DNA of 64,000 bases from Camelus ferus (Eukaryota), in the NCBI RefSeq assembly GCF_009834535.1, contig NC_045697.1:64296001-64360000 (forward strand), given 5' to 3'. Each line of letters starts with the position of its first letter. Positions within the stretch are counted from its first letter, which is position 1. Shown here one piece after another: positions 24,405 through 38,770 of this stretch. The position numbers and the translations under genes were made by a program. Below the pieces are notes generated by a model, which was not told where the DNA came from, did not search any database, and saw only the letters and a list, made by a program, of their open reading frames with translations.

Positions 24405-27400
24405 CATCCCGCAGTATGTTTTATAAAGTGGAAAAGCATGTTCAATTCCTATTAGCCTCATTTTCCCACCGAGAAATCTAACAGTGAGGAAACTTTAAGT
24501 TAACATGGTCTTGTGAAAAATGTGTTCTGTCAGAACAAAACTCTTTTCTTTATGGTACAAAGATAACTGTTGAGATTCATAGACACATGTACTTGCCTTT
24601 AATAAGATTTCAAACTCCTCTTGCAAATATGTGCAAACTCATAACATAATTGGGAAAACAGCCTGTGTTTATCTTCTGATAGATAGCCATCTAAGAGGAA
24701 GTACCTGAACATGTTCCAAAAATAACTTATTTATTCCAAGTCTAGTGGATAACGTAGGATAAAATTCTTTAGAGACAATTTCTGATTTTGTTTCTATGTA
24801 AGATTTTTAGTAAATGGAGTAATACATTGAATAGAGAACACTCAACTTTTTCAAAAATAATCAAGATGAGCAGAAAGTTTTCTATAGCTTATAGGTATGT
24901 ATTAAAAATAAAAAGATATTTTTCACATAATAAGAATAAGCAGAGCCTAACCTATTAAATGTCAAAATGTCACTTGTACAGTGACTCACTTATGAGTAAA
25001 TGGACAGAGTTGTATATTGACAATCTTAAGATAGTGTTCAGTGTCAAGAAAGCCTAGTCCAAAATCTCGGAACTGACTGTAAATGTCATTCAAAATCTCT
25101 GATATATATACTAGAGATATATATTTATCAGATGATAAATCTCTGATACATAGCCATACCCTACACATCAACCAGATAGCAAGCATCATGCTATAGGTAA
25201 CACTTCACCTGACTAGTGATTGAAAGCAGTTTCAGAATAGGGAGATGAAAAGCCTTTTTTAATTTAAAACACCAGAATTATAGATTTGCATCTAAAAATT
25301 AATTTTTGAAGAGATATATCCTAAACATTCTGCTTATTGCTTATAACACCCTGTTGTATACTCAAATATATATTAACATATTTACAACTTGGAAAGGTCA
25401 TATAGTAAAGCCAACTACTTAACTTTATTTAACCCAGGACTGTTGAAATTTACTCAGCCAAAGAGGTTTTTTGTGGTGGGTCTCAGTTATTAATTCTGTG
25501 GAATACACTTCAGGAGATATTGTTCCCAAATTTTTATTTTTCACTAATTTTTCAAGTGTATGGAACATGTAACTTTCATTACAGGTCCAACCTTAGAAAC
25601 TTGTTTTATATTGTTCAAATGAATATACAATATAATTATGTAATTTTTATTGATATAACTATTCTGAATTTAGAATCTGAATTTTTCTTTGAGTATTCTG
25701 CTATACAGAGACATTCCTATATGAAATTGATCAAAATTCCCCAGACAGCAATCATAGAAATTTTGCATTTCACAGCTGTTGAAAGAAATTGAATCCTCTA
25801 CAAATAGAAGATGAAGTAAGCTTGTTTTTTCTTAACATATGACAAATAAAGACCCAGATTCAGCAATAGATTTAACAAGTTATTTGGGGGCACAAATTAT
25901 GTGTCAGATATGATATTAGTATGTTGTTCTATACCTCCAATTATCAGAAATTACTATAACACAAAAGAAGCAGGCAACATTGTTCCAAGAAGCAAGTCAC
26001 ACCACATAATTGAATCTGACTTCCCAATTTGCTGGACTGTCCCAGAAAGAAAAGTGTGTGCTACTTTCATTCCATTTTAACTTGATCTTCTGAGATACCA
26101 CATACGTCTGTGGGGTTTTTGTCCCCTCTTTCTGAAAATCAATCCTTAAAATTATGTCCCTTTTCCTAACTTACATGGGTCACTAGTGGGAAGGCCTGAG
26201 GAAGTATCAATGACTATATTGAGATATTTATGTACCAGCATCCATAATTGAGGACCTACTTTTAAAAACAATTTAAAACAAACATAGAGATAGGTGGAGA
26301 GTGTATCCATTTAAATGTCCTTGGTAAATATTTCCTCTTCGAATTGAACCCCAGAGTAGACCAAAGAACATACATACACATTATGACCATGCTTTTCCTG
26401 CCTCAAAAGGAAAAGGAAAATAAAAATTAAAATATCTCATTCTCTATAACTGTCACTCAGATACATTTCAACATTATGTGACAAATCAATCAATCTGGTT
26501 TCATCAAATTTTTCAGATTGTTTCCTATCAACATTTTACTTAGGATACAAAGAGAATGTCTAATAATGGCAAGATATTTCTACATAATACAGCATAAGCT
26601 ACACTAAATGTTCACTTAGATAATTTTATAAAACAATGAAGCAAATTTTTATAATAAATTTGAAGTGATCATTTTAAATTAAAAAATTTTAAAAAATCAA
26701 AAACAAAAACAAAAACAAAAACTGCTGTTGTAATGGCCAAAATGAGGGAAAATATTTATCTTCGTTTATACATCACTGTAATAGTTTATGAGTTTCTTCT
26801 AGATTTTGACATTTGCAAAAGTATAAGCATTTCACTAAGAAAAGACACATCAATTTTTTTCTTTAGGAGAAAACTATTTGCATGTTAACAGCTTAAAAAC
26901 GTTGTAAGGACCTTACTATGCATTGGTAAGTAAGGTGACAAGAATGTTAGATCAGGAACCAGTTTAATCACCAGGGGAAAATAAAACATAGGTACAATTT
27001 CCTTTTCATACTATAACTGATACAGTACATATGCATCAGAAGGAAAGGAAAATCAAATCAGATAAATACTTGTCCAACTGTATAACTGACTTTATTCTTA
27101 CTGCTTCTAAATACTAATGAGGTATATCTATTTCTCCTCACCTCCTGTTTCAATTTACCACAGAGAAAAACATTAATAATATTTTTGTATAATTATGTAA
27201 ACAAAGAAAATTTCTACTATTTTGGATACTGGGTTTAAAGTATTTTTAAGTTGTTTTAATCTTGCAATATTTCCAAATGATTCTTTATACATTAAATAAA
27301 ACATTAAGAATAAATGAGATCTATTTGAAACAGGACTGTTCATTTGTATCACTGAATAGAAACAAGCTGTTGGTTGCTCTTTGTATCCTTAATATTTATC

Positions 27401-27864
27401 TAAATGTTTGAGTGGTGTATAGATATCTGAATAATTTCGAAATCAAATTCTTTATTAGAAAGGCTCTGTTCTTTTTCCTTACTTGCTCTCATTGATTCTC
27501 ACACTTAGGCCTTTTTACACTCAAGATTGAGCGTATGGGATATAAGGAGAAAATCCCTAAGGCCAATCCCTCAAAACAGTAACAAAACCTACTTAGTTGA
27601 GTGCATTAGGTTGGATGAATATTGGTTTGCCTGTGTGACATCCTGCATAATCTCCCTCTCTAAATGATTGACAGAACTATCTCCTTCCTCTTCTTATATG
27701 GAAACTTGGAAGAATCTTGCCAAACAGAATAGATACCATGGAGACTCTGAAACAATTTTACAGTTATTCTCTTTCAATTTCTTTGCTTCTAACTAGCTCT
27801 TCACCACAGATAACAAAGGAGTAAGTCATATTTACATGTTACATCACCATGAGAGAAAATAAGA

Positions 27865-28760
27865 TAATTTATTCAACAAATATTTACTAAATGTCTACTG
27901 TATGTTCTAAACACTAGGGACACAACAGTTAAAAGATAAAATCTCTGCCTTTAAAAATCTTACATTGTGAATTGAGAAGAAAGGAACAGTGATAAATAAA
28001 ATACCAACCCCAATATGCAACTTAATATGAGAAGGCAATAAATATTAAGAGGATGCTGGAGGGAAGTGGTATTTAGATAGGACACTAAGGGAATAACTGG
28101 CATAGACTTTAAGGAATGTTTCATATGTTCTAGAAACAGCATAACCAGTGGAGTTGAAGTTCAGTGAATAAATGGGAGGGAGCAAGGCAATAAGAAATGA
28201 AGCATGGATTAGAGCCAGGGACCTGCTCATTTGTGTTTCTTTAGTTGCCCATGGTGTTTTCTAATTTACTTATATTTTATATAATTTTGAGCAGACAAAC
28301 GTTATGCACATATCTGCATTTAGAAAGTTGCTTTCTGCCTTCCATGTATAGAATGAAGGGAAGTCAAGGGCTAAAGCAAGAACATCAATTAGGAAACAAT
28401 TTCAGTGGCATATGGAGTCCAACAGTAGTAAGGGAGATGCTCCATAAGAGGTGGTCAGATTTAGGATTAAACTTAAAAGATAGCTCTGAGAGGTATACAT
28501 GCTGATGGGTGGGATTTAGGATACAAGATAAAAGGACAAACTAAATATTACTTTGGGTTTTTTTGACTCAAACAATTGTAAGGATAAAATTGCCATCAAC
28601 TGAGTTATAGAAGGTGACAGATAAAGCAGATTTGGGGGTGAAGATCTGGATTTCAGTTTCTGAAATGTTAGGTTTTGAATGTCTATTAGTCATTCAAGTA
28701 GAAATGTACAGTGGGCAATTAGACGTTTGAATCTGGAGTTAATGAGAGAGTTCTAGAATG
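27865..28760 (-). mobile_element. LINE-2 3' portion
   Basis: tttattcaacaaatatttactaaatgtctactgtatgttctaaacactagggacacaacag is the complement of the L2 tail. Confidence 0.8.
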
Positions 28761-28899
28761 TTAAGTGATATTTAAATTTTCCTAGTAGTATTTCAGCTAT
28801 AATCCTTAATTAAAGAAAAGGTTAAAGTACTGGGTTGTGGGTATTTTAACATTTGGATATAAGAAAAAATCTGAAAAGAACACTTAAAATAAGCTATCG

Positions 28900-29815
28900 T
28901 ACTTTTCAGTGTATTGCTTATCCTGTTTCACGTGTTATAGTACCTCTGTCTTCTACTTAATGTTGTAAGTCACTATGCTTGATCACATCTGTTCCATTTA
29001 TTCTCTTTCCCAGAAACTCCACTTCAGAAGCCCTCCCTTTTCCACTAGAATTACTGTCTATATCCACTGCCCAGCTATCATTCTGATACTTTTCTTCATT
29101 TCTCTCCTGTGATGGATCCTGTTTCTAAAATTTCATACATTCTCGTTCCTTGGTTTACTCTCTCTTTTTGCCGTATCACCTGAAAAAGTATGCATGAGGA
29201 CTAAATATTTTGAGAAATTTAATGTCTAAAAATAATTGTTTTACCCTCAAAGTGATTGGTAGTTTGTTTTAGTGTAGGATGTATATACATTTTTAAATGT
29301 TTTAATATAGGATTTTAAAGGCTTTGTGATGTAATTTTATACATTACTATGTGGTTAACAATTCCATTTTAAATCATATATTTTGTATATGATTTTTATT
29401 CTTTTTGGAAAATTTTGGAATTTTGCTTCTATATTTTGATATTCTGAAATTTTATAGCATTGTGACTTGCTGGTCCTTTTTTATTAACAGTGCTAAAGAT
29501 TCAGATAAAGACTTAGAGACTTTTTAATCTGGCTATACATGCTCCTAAATTCTAATTTTTTTCTAACGTTATTTATTTAATAATTTTCCTCAGTTTTTTC
29601 TCCTTTCCTAGAATTAGATATTGCTGTCTGTACTAATGCTCTGATTTTTCTTAACATTTATTTTCTATTTTCCATAACATTTAACTTTGTTTTATTTTAG
29701 TGAGATTTTCTGAACTTTATCATTAAAATATTCTACTGATTTTCTTTGCTGTTATATGTTCATTTCCCAAGAACTTTTTCTTATTACTTGATTGATCTTA
29801 TTTTATACTAAAATG
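28900..29815 (-). mobile_element. Very old L1ME/HAL1 ORF1-region remnant
   Basis: tttgagaaatttaatgtctaaaaataattgttttaccctcaaagtgattggtagtttg is antisense ORF1-type text. Confidence 0.5.
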
Positions 29816-30223
29816 TCATTTTAAAAACTTTAATAATTAAAGTATAGCATATATAAAGAAAATGCAAAAATGGTACACAGTTCAATAAACATTTACAATT
29901 TGAACACATGTGTAACCACCACGCATATCAAAAAAAGAGGATCACCAGCACTGCAGAAGTCCTCCCACAAACAAAGCAAACATACACAAACATCCCCATA
30001 CTCCTGCATCAGTGCAAAAACCACCCTGACTTCTAAGAAACAGTAATACCTTTAGCTCCTTTTAAAGTCTATATAAGTAGAATCACATGTATGTACTTTT
30101 GTGTTTGCCTTATTTTACTTTAGTATTTATGAAATTTATGTTGTTGCGTGTAGTTATAGTTTTTTTTAATTCAAGTATATTTGTTTACAATGTGTTAGTT
30201 TCAGGTGTACAGCAAAGTGATTC

Positions 30224-30226
<3 letters not shown>

Positions 30227-30284
<58 letters not shown>

Positions 30285-30297
30285 TATGTATATATAT
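30227..30297. repeat. (TA)n(CA)n compound microsatellite in the L1 3' UTR
   Basis: Seen directly in the sequence. Confidence 0.9.
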
Positions 30298-30678
30298 TCT
30301 TTTCAGATTCTTTTTCATTATATGTTATTACAAGTTATTGACTACAGTTCTCTGTGCTACGCAGGTCCTTTTTGGTTATCTATTTTATATATAGTAGTGT
30401 GTATATGTTAATTCCATACTCCTAATCTATCCCTCCCCCACCTCTCCCCTTTGGTAACCATGTTTGCTTTCTGTGTGTATGAGTATTTTTCCGTTTTGTA
30501 AATAAGTTCATTTGTATCATTTTTTTAGATTCCACAAATAAGCAACATATGATATTTGTCTTTCTATGTCTGACTGACTTCACTTAATATGATAATCTCT
30601 AGGTCCATACATGTTGCTGCAAATGGCATTATTTCATTCCTTTTCATGACTGAACAATATTCAATTATATATTTATTT

Positions 30679-30775
30679 ATATATATGTGTGTGTATATAT
30701 ATATATATATACAGACACACACATACACACACATATATATACACATACGTACACATACACACACACACACACATA
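30679..30775. repeat. Mixed TA/TG/CA low-complexity tract in L1
   Basis: Seen directly in the sequence. Confidence 0.85.
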
Positions 30776-33700
30776 TTTATCCATTCATCTATTGATGGAT
30801 ATTTAGGTTGCTTCCATGTCTTAGCTGTTGTAAATAGTGCTGCTATGAACACTGCGGTGCATGAATCTTTTTGAATTATAGATTCTCCAGATACATGCCC
30901 AGGAGTGGGATTGTTAGATCACATGGTAATTCTATTTTTAGTTTTTTTGAGAAACCTCCACACTGTTCTCCATAGTTGTTGCACCAATTTACATTCCCAC
31001 CAGTAGTGCAGGAGGGTCCCCCTTTCTCCACATCCTCTCCAGCATTTATTATTTGTAGATATTTTAACGATGACCATTCTGACCATTGTGAGGTGATACC
31101 TCATTGTAGTTTTGATTTGCATTTCTCTAATAATTAGCGGTATTGAGCATCTTTTCATGTGCCTGTTAGCCATCTGTAGGTCTCCTTTGGAGAAATGTAT
31201 ATTCAGGGCTTCTGTCAATTTTTGACTGAGTAATTTGCTGTTTTGATATCAAGCTGTATGAGCTGTTTATGTATTTTGGAAATTAATCCCTTGTCAGTCA
31301 CAATATTTTCAAATATTTTCTCACATTTCATAGGTCGTCTTTTTGTTTTGTTTATGGTTTCCTTTAATGTGTAAAAGCTTTTCAGTTTAATTAGATCCCA
31401 TTTGTTTATCTTTATTTTTATTTCCATTACTCTAAGAGACAGATCCAAAAAAATAATGCTGTGATTTATGTCAGATTGTTCTGTCTACGTTTTCCTCTAG
31501 GAGTTTTACAGTATTCCATCTTACATTTAGATCTTTAATCCATTTTGAGTTTATTTTTGTATATAGAGTTAGCAAATGTTCTAATTTCATTCATTTACAT
31601 GTAGCTCTCCAATTTTCCCAACATCACTTATTGAAGAGACTACCTCTTCTTCATTGTATATTCTTGCCTCCTTTATCAGAGTTTAATTGGCCATAAGTGT
31701 GTGGGTTTATTTCTGGGCTTTGCATCCTGTTCCATTGATCTATGTGTCTGTTTTTGTACCAATACCATATGGTTTTGATTACTGTAGCTTTGTGGTATAG
31801 TCTGAAGTCGGGGAGTCTGATTCCTCCAGCTCTATTCTTCTTTCTTAGGATAGCTTTGGCTATTCAGGAACCTTTATATTTCCATACAAATTTTTTAAAA
31901 ATTTTGCTCTCATTCTGTGAAAAATGCCATTGGTAATTTGATAGGGATTGCACTGAATCTGTAGATTGCCTTGGGTAGTATTGTCATTTTAACAATATTG
32001 ACTCTTCCAATCCAAGAACATCGTATATCTTTCCATCTCTTTGTGTTGTCTTTAATTTCCTTCATCAGCATCTTATACTTTTCAGATTACAGGTCTTTTG
32101 CCTCCTTAGGTAGATTTATTCCTAGGTATTTTATTCTTTTTGATGTAATGGTAAATGGGATTGTTTCCTTAATTTCTCTTTTTCATATTTTGTTGTTATT
32201 ATATAGACATGCAATAGATTTCTGTGTATTAATTTTGTATCCTACAACTTTCTGGAATTTACTGATGAGCTCTAGTACTTTTCTGGTAGCATCTTTAGGA
32301 TTTTCTATGTATAGAATCATGTCATCAGCAAATGATAACAGCTTTACTACTTCTTTTCCAATTTTAATTTCTTTTACTTCTTTTTCTTGCCTGATTGCTG
32401 TGGCTAGAACTTCCAAAATTATGTTGAATAAAAGTGGTGAGAGTGGGCATCCTTGTGTTGTTCCTGGTCTTAAAAGGAATGCTTTTTGCTTTTCACCACT
32501 GAGTATGATGTTAGTTGTGGGTTTGTCATAATGGCCTTTATTATGTTGAGGTATGTTTCCTCTGTGCTCATTTTCTAGAGAGTTTCTATCATAAATGGAT
32601 ATTGAATTTCAGCCAGACTCATCAAGAAAAAAAGGGAGTGGGCCCAAATCAATCAAATCAGAAATGAAAAAGGAGAAGTTATAAATGACACCGTAGAAAT
32701 ACAAAGGACCATGAGCAACTACTAGGAGCAACTATACACCAATACAATGGACAAGCTAGAAGAAATGGAAAAATTCTTAGAAAGAAACAATCTCCCAAGA
32801 ACGAGGAAGAAATAGAAAGTATAAACAGACTAATAACCAGGACTGAAGCTGAATCCGTAATTTAAAAACTCCCAACAAACAGAAGTCCAGGACCAGATGG
32901 CTTCACAGGGGAATTCTACCAAATATTTAGAGAAGAATTAACACCTAGCCTTCTGAAACTATTCCAAAAAATTGAAGAGGAATGAATACTTCTGAATTCA
33001 CTGTATGAGACTGCCACCACCTTGATACCAAAACCAGGCAAAGATATCATTAAAAATAAACTCACAGGGCACTATCATTGATGAAAATAAGTGCAAAAAT
33101 CCTCAACAAAATCCTACCAAACAGAAGCCAACAATACATTAGAAGTATCATACAACATGATCAGGTGGGATTTATCTCAGGAATACAAGGATTTTTCAAT
33201 ATTCACAAATCAATCAGTGTAATACACCACATTAACAAATTGAAGAGTAAAAACCATATGATCATCTCAATAGATGCAGAAAAAGCTTTTGTTTAAAATC
33301 AACATCCATTTATAATAAAAACTCTGTAGCTATAGTTAATTTATTATTGTTACTCTTATTTATCACTTGTTATACCAGAATTTACTGATCCATCTTAATA
33401 TGAATGGACATTTGGTTTCTTTGCAAATTTTAGCTATTTTAAATAATACTACAATGAACAGTCTTGTATATGCCCTTTCTCAGATATATGTATGCATTTA
33501 TTTTAGATATGTGTCCAAGAATGAAATCACTTGGTTGTAAAATAAACCATAATAAATTGTCAAATAGTCTTCCAAAGTGATTATTATAATTTTTACTTCC
33601 ATTATGAGTATGTAAAGAGTTCCAACTTCCCTACATTTTTGTTCTGACTTAGTGCTGTCAGTAGTTTACTTTTAGCTATGTTGGTGGGTGGTTTCTCATT

Positions 33701-33779
33701 AACTTAATTTTTTCTCTAGAAAAGTTTACAAAAATATTTTGTCATTACTTAGTTAAGGATGGGATTTTTTTTTCTTCCT

Positions 33780-34350
33780 GTATTTCAAAATGGACCTTAA
33801 AAATACATTCTGATTTCACTTTACAAAGTTTCATAAAATGCAAACTATTCTCTAGTAACAAAAAGCAGATCAGTGGTTTCCCGAGTATAGGTTCGTGAGA
33901 AAGGTGGGAAGGAGAGATTATAAATGGCCCTGAGGAAATGTATTGAGGGTGTACTGATGAATCCTTTCTATTTTTATATTCAATGTGTTTGGAAATTTTT
34001 AAAAACAATTTGCTGGGTATAGAAATCTAGGATGGCAGTTTTCTAATTTTTTTTTTCTTTCAGCATTATAAATGTAACATTCTGCTGATCATGGCTTGAT
34101 TATTTTTGTCTGGCAATCTGCCATATTATTATTGCTCCTCTAAAAACAGTGTGTCTGTTTTTCTTTAACTGCTGCTATGATTTTCTCTTTTTCTTTCACT
34201 TAAGCAATTTTACCAGAATGAACCAGGTTTTTTGCGAGTTTTACCTGGTTGGGTTCATGATGTTGATTAAATTTGTGGCACAATAGTACAGTATTCATCA
34301 ATTTCAGAAAATTATTGGCAATTATGTCTTCATAATTATGTCTGTAAATA
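33780..34350. mobile_element. L1ME fragments (plus-strand 3' end, then minus-strand ORF1 remnant)
   Basis: caaactattctctagtaacaaaaagcagatcagtggtttccc (3' end); gctgggtatagaaatctaggatggcagtttt (ORF1 antisense). Confidence 0.55.
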
Positions 34351-36850
34351 TTCTTATTGATGTATTTTAATATTCATTAAGCTGCATATATTTAAAATGT
34401 ACAATTTAAAAAATATTTGTACACATACACACACCTACATACACACCTGGAAAATGATCACCATAGTCAAGATAAGAATTATATCCTTTACTCCCTCAAA
34501 TTTCTTCATGCCTATTTGTAATTTCTCCCTCACATCCTTCCTCCTCACCCACCTCTAGGAAACCACTTATCTCTTTTGTTACTATATGTTAGTCTGCATT
34601 TAATGAAATCATAGAGTATGAATTCATTTTTTTTAATCTGGATTTTTCTCCACAGTGTAATTATTTTGAGATTTATCAATGTTTTTATGTGTAATAACTG
34701 CTTTTTCTATTTATTGCTAGAAAGTGTTCATGTATGTATATATCACAATTTGTTTATCTACTCACCTATTAATAGTCATTTGGGTTGATTTCAGATTTAG
34801 CTATTGCAAAAAGAACACCCTGCTTCTAGGAATAAGTGTGTATAAGTTTTATATGGACTTTAAAATTTTTTCTTGAGTATCTTAGAGTATAATAGATGCA
34901 TCCCACAGTAGGTACTTCTTAAACTTTGTAAGAAATTGCCAGTTTTGCAAAGTGGTTGTGCCATTTAAAATTCTCATCAGCAGTACATGAGAATCCCAGT
35001 TCATATTCTCATCAGTCTTTTGACTGTATCTACCTTGTATGTTTATAGTTGTATCAAATTGTGATTTTAATTTGTATTCTCCTCATTACTAATGATGTTT
35101 AACATCTTTTCATATGTATATTTGCCATTCACATGTCTACTTTTGTGAACTTTCTGTTCAAATATATTGCCAGAATAAAGTTGTTTCTTTTCTTACTATT
35201 GAGTCTTCAGAGCTCTTTTCATACTCTAGATAAAAGTTTTTTAATCAGGTACACAGTTTGCGAATATATTCTGTCACTATGTGACTTGGCTTTTAATTCT
35301 CTTGAGTGTTTTTAAAGAGTGGAAATTCTTTTTTTATGAAATTCAGTACCTTTTTTTTCCCTTTATGGATTGTGCTTTTGGTATCATATGAAGAAATCTT
35401 TGACTAACCCAATGTCACAAAGATTTTCTCCTATGTGTTCTAATAGAAGGTGTATAATTTTATATTTTATATTTAGGTCTATGATCATTTTTAAGTTACT
35501 TTTTACTTATAGTTATACTAAGTGTGGATTACAGTTCCCTCTTTTTTTGTTTGTTTTGTTTTACATATACGCAGTTATTTCAGCATAATCTGTTGAAAAG
35601 ACTAACATTTCTCCCATGAATAATCTTTAAGTTTTGTTGAAAATCAACTCTATTTTAATAAATCTACTTTTGAACCCTGTTCTATTCCATTGGTGTATTT
35701 GTCTATCTTTTATACCAATCCCACACTTTTATGATTATGGTAGTTTCAGAATAAGACTTGAAATAATGGAATAGTAATCCTCCAAATGTGTTCTCTTTAA
35801 AGTTGTTTTCACTTTCTTAGGTATTTTACATATTTATATGAATTTTAAATTCAGTTTGTCAATTTCTACAAAAAGAAATCCTGCTAGGATTTGACTACAT
35901 TTGCATTAAACCTATAAACCAATCTGGGGAGACTTGACATCTTAATAACACCGAGCTTTCTCACACTTGAATATAGTAGACCACTCTGTGTGTTCAGGTT
36001 TTGTTTTTTTTTTCAGCAGTGTCATGTAATTTCCAGTGTACAGATCTGGTACATATTTTGTAATGTTTGTCTCTAAATTTTTCAAGCTTTTATATATTTT
36101 TAAATTCTAATTTCTAATATTTTTGCTGTATGTAGCACTATAATCAATTATTATATATTGATCTTATGTTCTGCAAACTTGCTAAGATCACTTTATTGTT
36201 CTGGTAGTGTTGAGGGGGTGTATTTTGTATTTTCCACTGGCTATGTGATATAGACATTTGTCTCATTCACAAATATAGATTTACTTTTTCTTCTCCAAAT
36301 TGGAGGACTTGTAACTTTTTCTTTTCCAAATTGTAGGACTTGTACCGTATTGCACTAGGTAGAAACCCAAATATAATGTTAAATAAAAGTCATGAGAGAA
36401 GGCATAATTTTTCTGTATTCTTCATCTTAGAGGAAAAGGTCTTTCTCTACTGAATTATTTGCAGGTTTTTCACTGGTGCCCTTCATGGGATTGAGGAAAT
36501 TGCTTTTTATTCCTCAGTTTCTGGGAGATTTTATCAGGACTGGATTTAGTTTCTAAGGTATAAATTGAGCTTATTGATCTGAGACAAATCTTTTTTCAGA
36601 TATATAAACTTTTTTAGTGCTAAAATTTCCCTCTGATCACTGCTTTAGCAGGATCCAGCAAATTTTTATATATGGTGTTTTTATTTTCATTTGATTCAAA
36701 ACACTCTCTAATTTCCCTTTTGATTTTAATCCATGAGTTATATTTTAAGTGTTTATTTAAATAATTTTATGGCTATAGTTTTACGTAGGGATTTCTAGAT
36801 TTTTTCTTATTATTCTCATAGTTCATTTCACTGTCAGGGAAGGGAACTTA
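34350..36850 (-). mobile_element. Old LINE-1 (L1MC/MD-like) 3' end and ORF2
   Basis: Continuous antisense L1 text (tttgtcaatttctacaaaaagaaatcctgctaggatttgact; aatgatgtttaacatctttt). Confidence 0.8.
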
Positions 36851-37429
36851 ATATTTATAAATTTAATTCTTATTTTGGTGTCATATGGTACACATACCCA
36901 CACTGCAGCTTCCTTGCCTATGTTATATCAATAATCGCACCTCCAATAACTTGATATTCTTTTAAACTGTGTTGAAATTTCTCACCAGTTGTTCTCTCTT
37001 TTGTCCTGGCATATGTATGCATGTGTGTGCATGTACACACACACACACATATAAAAATTAATTATTCCCATTTTAATGTAGGGTTAGCAGTAAGAGTAAA
37101 TGACTACATTTAACTAATCTTCTGTTTGTACCAGAAATCCTTTGCCCAAAATCAATTTAAAGCCACAGATAATCAGGCGTTAACCAATCTTAACACTTAT
37201 TTTTATTTTATATTTTAAAGAATTTTGCTTTGCCCCTTTTGATCACATCATATTCATATGTGCTTTTGTGACTTTTCTCACTTTTTTGCCATGTCTGCAG
37301 TTATTTTCAACCGTCCAATCCCTATATATTCTCCAAATCCAAGTAACGAGTCTTAACAATTTCATGAAGATTTTTTTAATCTACAAAACTTCTTGTTGAT
37401 GTTCTTCCCTTAGAAACTTTGTCTTATAG

Positions 37430-38770
37430 ACATGGGAGGAGCCAAAGTAGGGTGATGGTAGTCCAAGAATCGTGGTTTTCTTTGCTCATTACTATTTCAC
37501 AAGAGACAGAGATATTCTGAGAAATTTCCAGCTTTTTAAAATAATTTCACAACAATGGGGGGGACCAATGTCATTTAATTATTGGGGGCCTAAGATGCGA
37601 GAAGTTAAGCAATGTGTGGGACACTACCCAACTACAAAGAATTGTTTCCTGGCCTGTATAACAATCAACCATCCTAGAAAATAATTTCCTGACCTTAATA
37701 CTGTGTTCCACACATTTTTGATGGATTTATGAGCTGTAATTTTCAGGAACGTAAATATAATATAAATCAATATAAGATTTAATTTTTCTTGGAATTTGTT
37801 GTTTTTTTCATTATTTCAGAAAATTGCATCATCAATGGCAATACAATTTGTGGTCAATCAACACAGTTATACCAGTCTTTTGTTTACAGTTGTTGTATGA
37901 AAATAAGCAATGAAGGAAATTTGAAAAACCTTTTAATTATTTGGAGCAAATTACATTTAAAGTAGATAAGCATAAAATATAGAGACCTCATCACACATTT
38001 CTTTTACAAAAGCTGTTTTATAATATTTCATATTACCATCCTAAATATGCATGTATTAGTATGGTGATAAGAAATTTATTCTGTGAAGATTTCATAATAA
38101 AAACACAGTTTTCCACTCTTAGATTGATACAATCTCTAGGTTTCTAACACATAATTTCTCTTTGGAAAGAAGTTATTTCCTCAAACTATTCTCTTTTCCC
38201 TACTATTTGTAAAGAATATGTTGTTTTAAGCACTAGAGACTAAATGTGTGTTTTGACTTGTGGTATATTTCAAGATAAGAGATATGTTTTCCATTATACT
38301 TAATTTCTATCCCTTTCCATGTCATCTAAATGGATATTATTTTGTCACATTATAAGCAGTATAGATCAAAAAAGGAAAGAACACATCAGTGTTCAATTTG
38401 TGAGAAAACTTTGTTTTGCAAAATCTCTAAAAAATGTATATAAAGATATGTCCTCGTGAAGATATGCATTAATTAGTGTCCTGTGTCATGATGTACTATG
38501 TACCTAATTGTAGTTCTCCATAATAAATATATATATGTTTATTAACAAAAAAAATAGTAAAAGCTGGAATTCTAAAGAAGGATTATGAAGGAGTAAAATT
38601 CCACTTATAATACAAGCAATATTCACATTATTTTACAAAAAACTAGCTTCCAAAGACTGAAAGTTTCTGTAGAACCCTATTGCTTGTTATGGGTTATGGT
38701 TCAACTTTATGTTTACAATACCCAGTATTTAGATTTTTGGTGGAGCTAGAACAAAGGAACCATGTACTTT
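37430..38770. mobile_element. hAT-Charlie-like DNA transposon remnant
   Basis: gggggcctaagatgc...gcaatgtgtgggacactaccc...aaagaattgtttcctggcc resembles Charlie/MER3-MER20 ends; the interior is recognised only weakly. Confidence 0.45.

Larger units (their letters stand above)
30162..33324 (-). mobile_element. LINE-1 with 5' inversion (twin priming)
   Basis: Minus-strand ORF2 pieces ([28 protein letters not shown]) run to 32609, then plus-strand ORF2 (KILNKIL...HDQVGFI); TSD tgtagttatagtt 30149-30161 / tgtagctatagtt 33325-33337. Confidence 0.92.
29820..33710 (-). mobile_element. Old L1ME 3' end (host of the twin-primed L1 at 30162-33324)
   Basis: tgtaaccaccacgcatatcaa...ttgttgcgtgtagttatagtt continues after 33337 with gaatggacatttggtttc...aatgaacagtcttgta. 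Confidence 0.7.

Noticed and set aside
30087..30874. ORFs with YIYI/THTH repeats
   Set aside because: Translations of TA/CA microsatellites.
31971..32531. 186-aa hydrophobic, membrane-protein-like ORF
   Set aside because: Antisense shadow of A-rich L1 ORF2.
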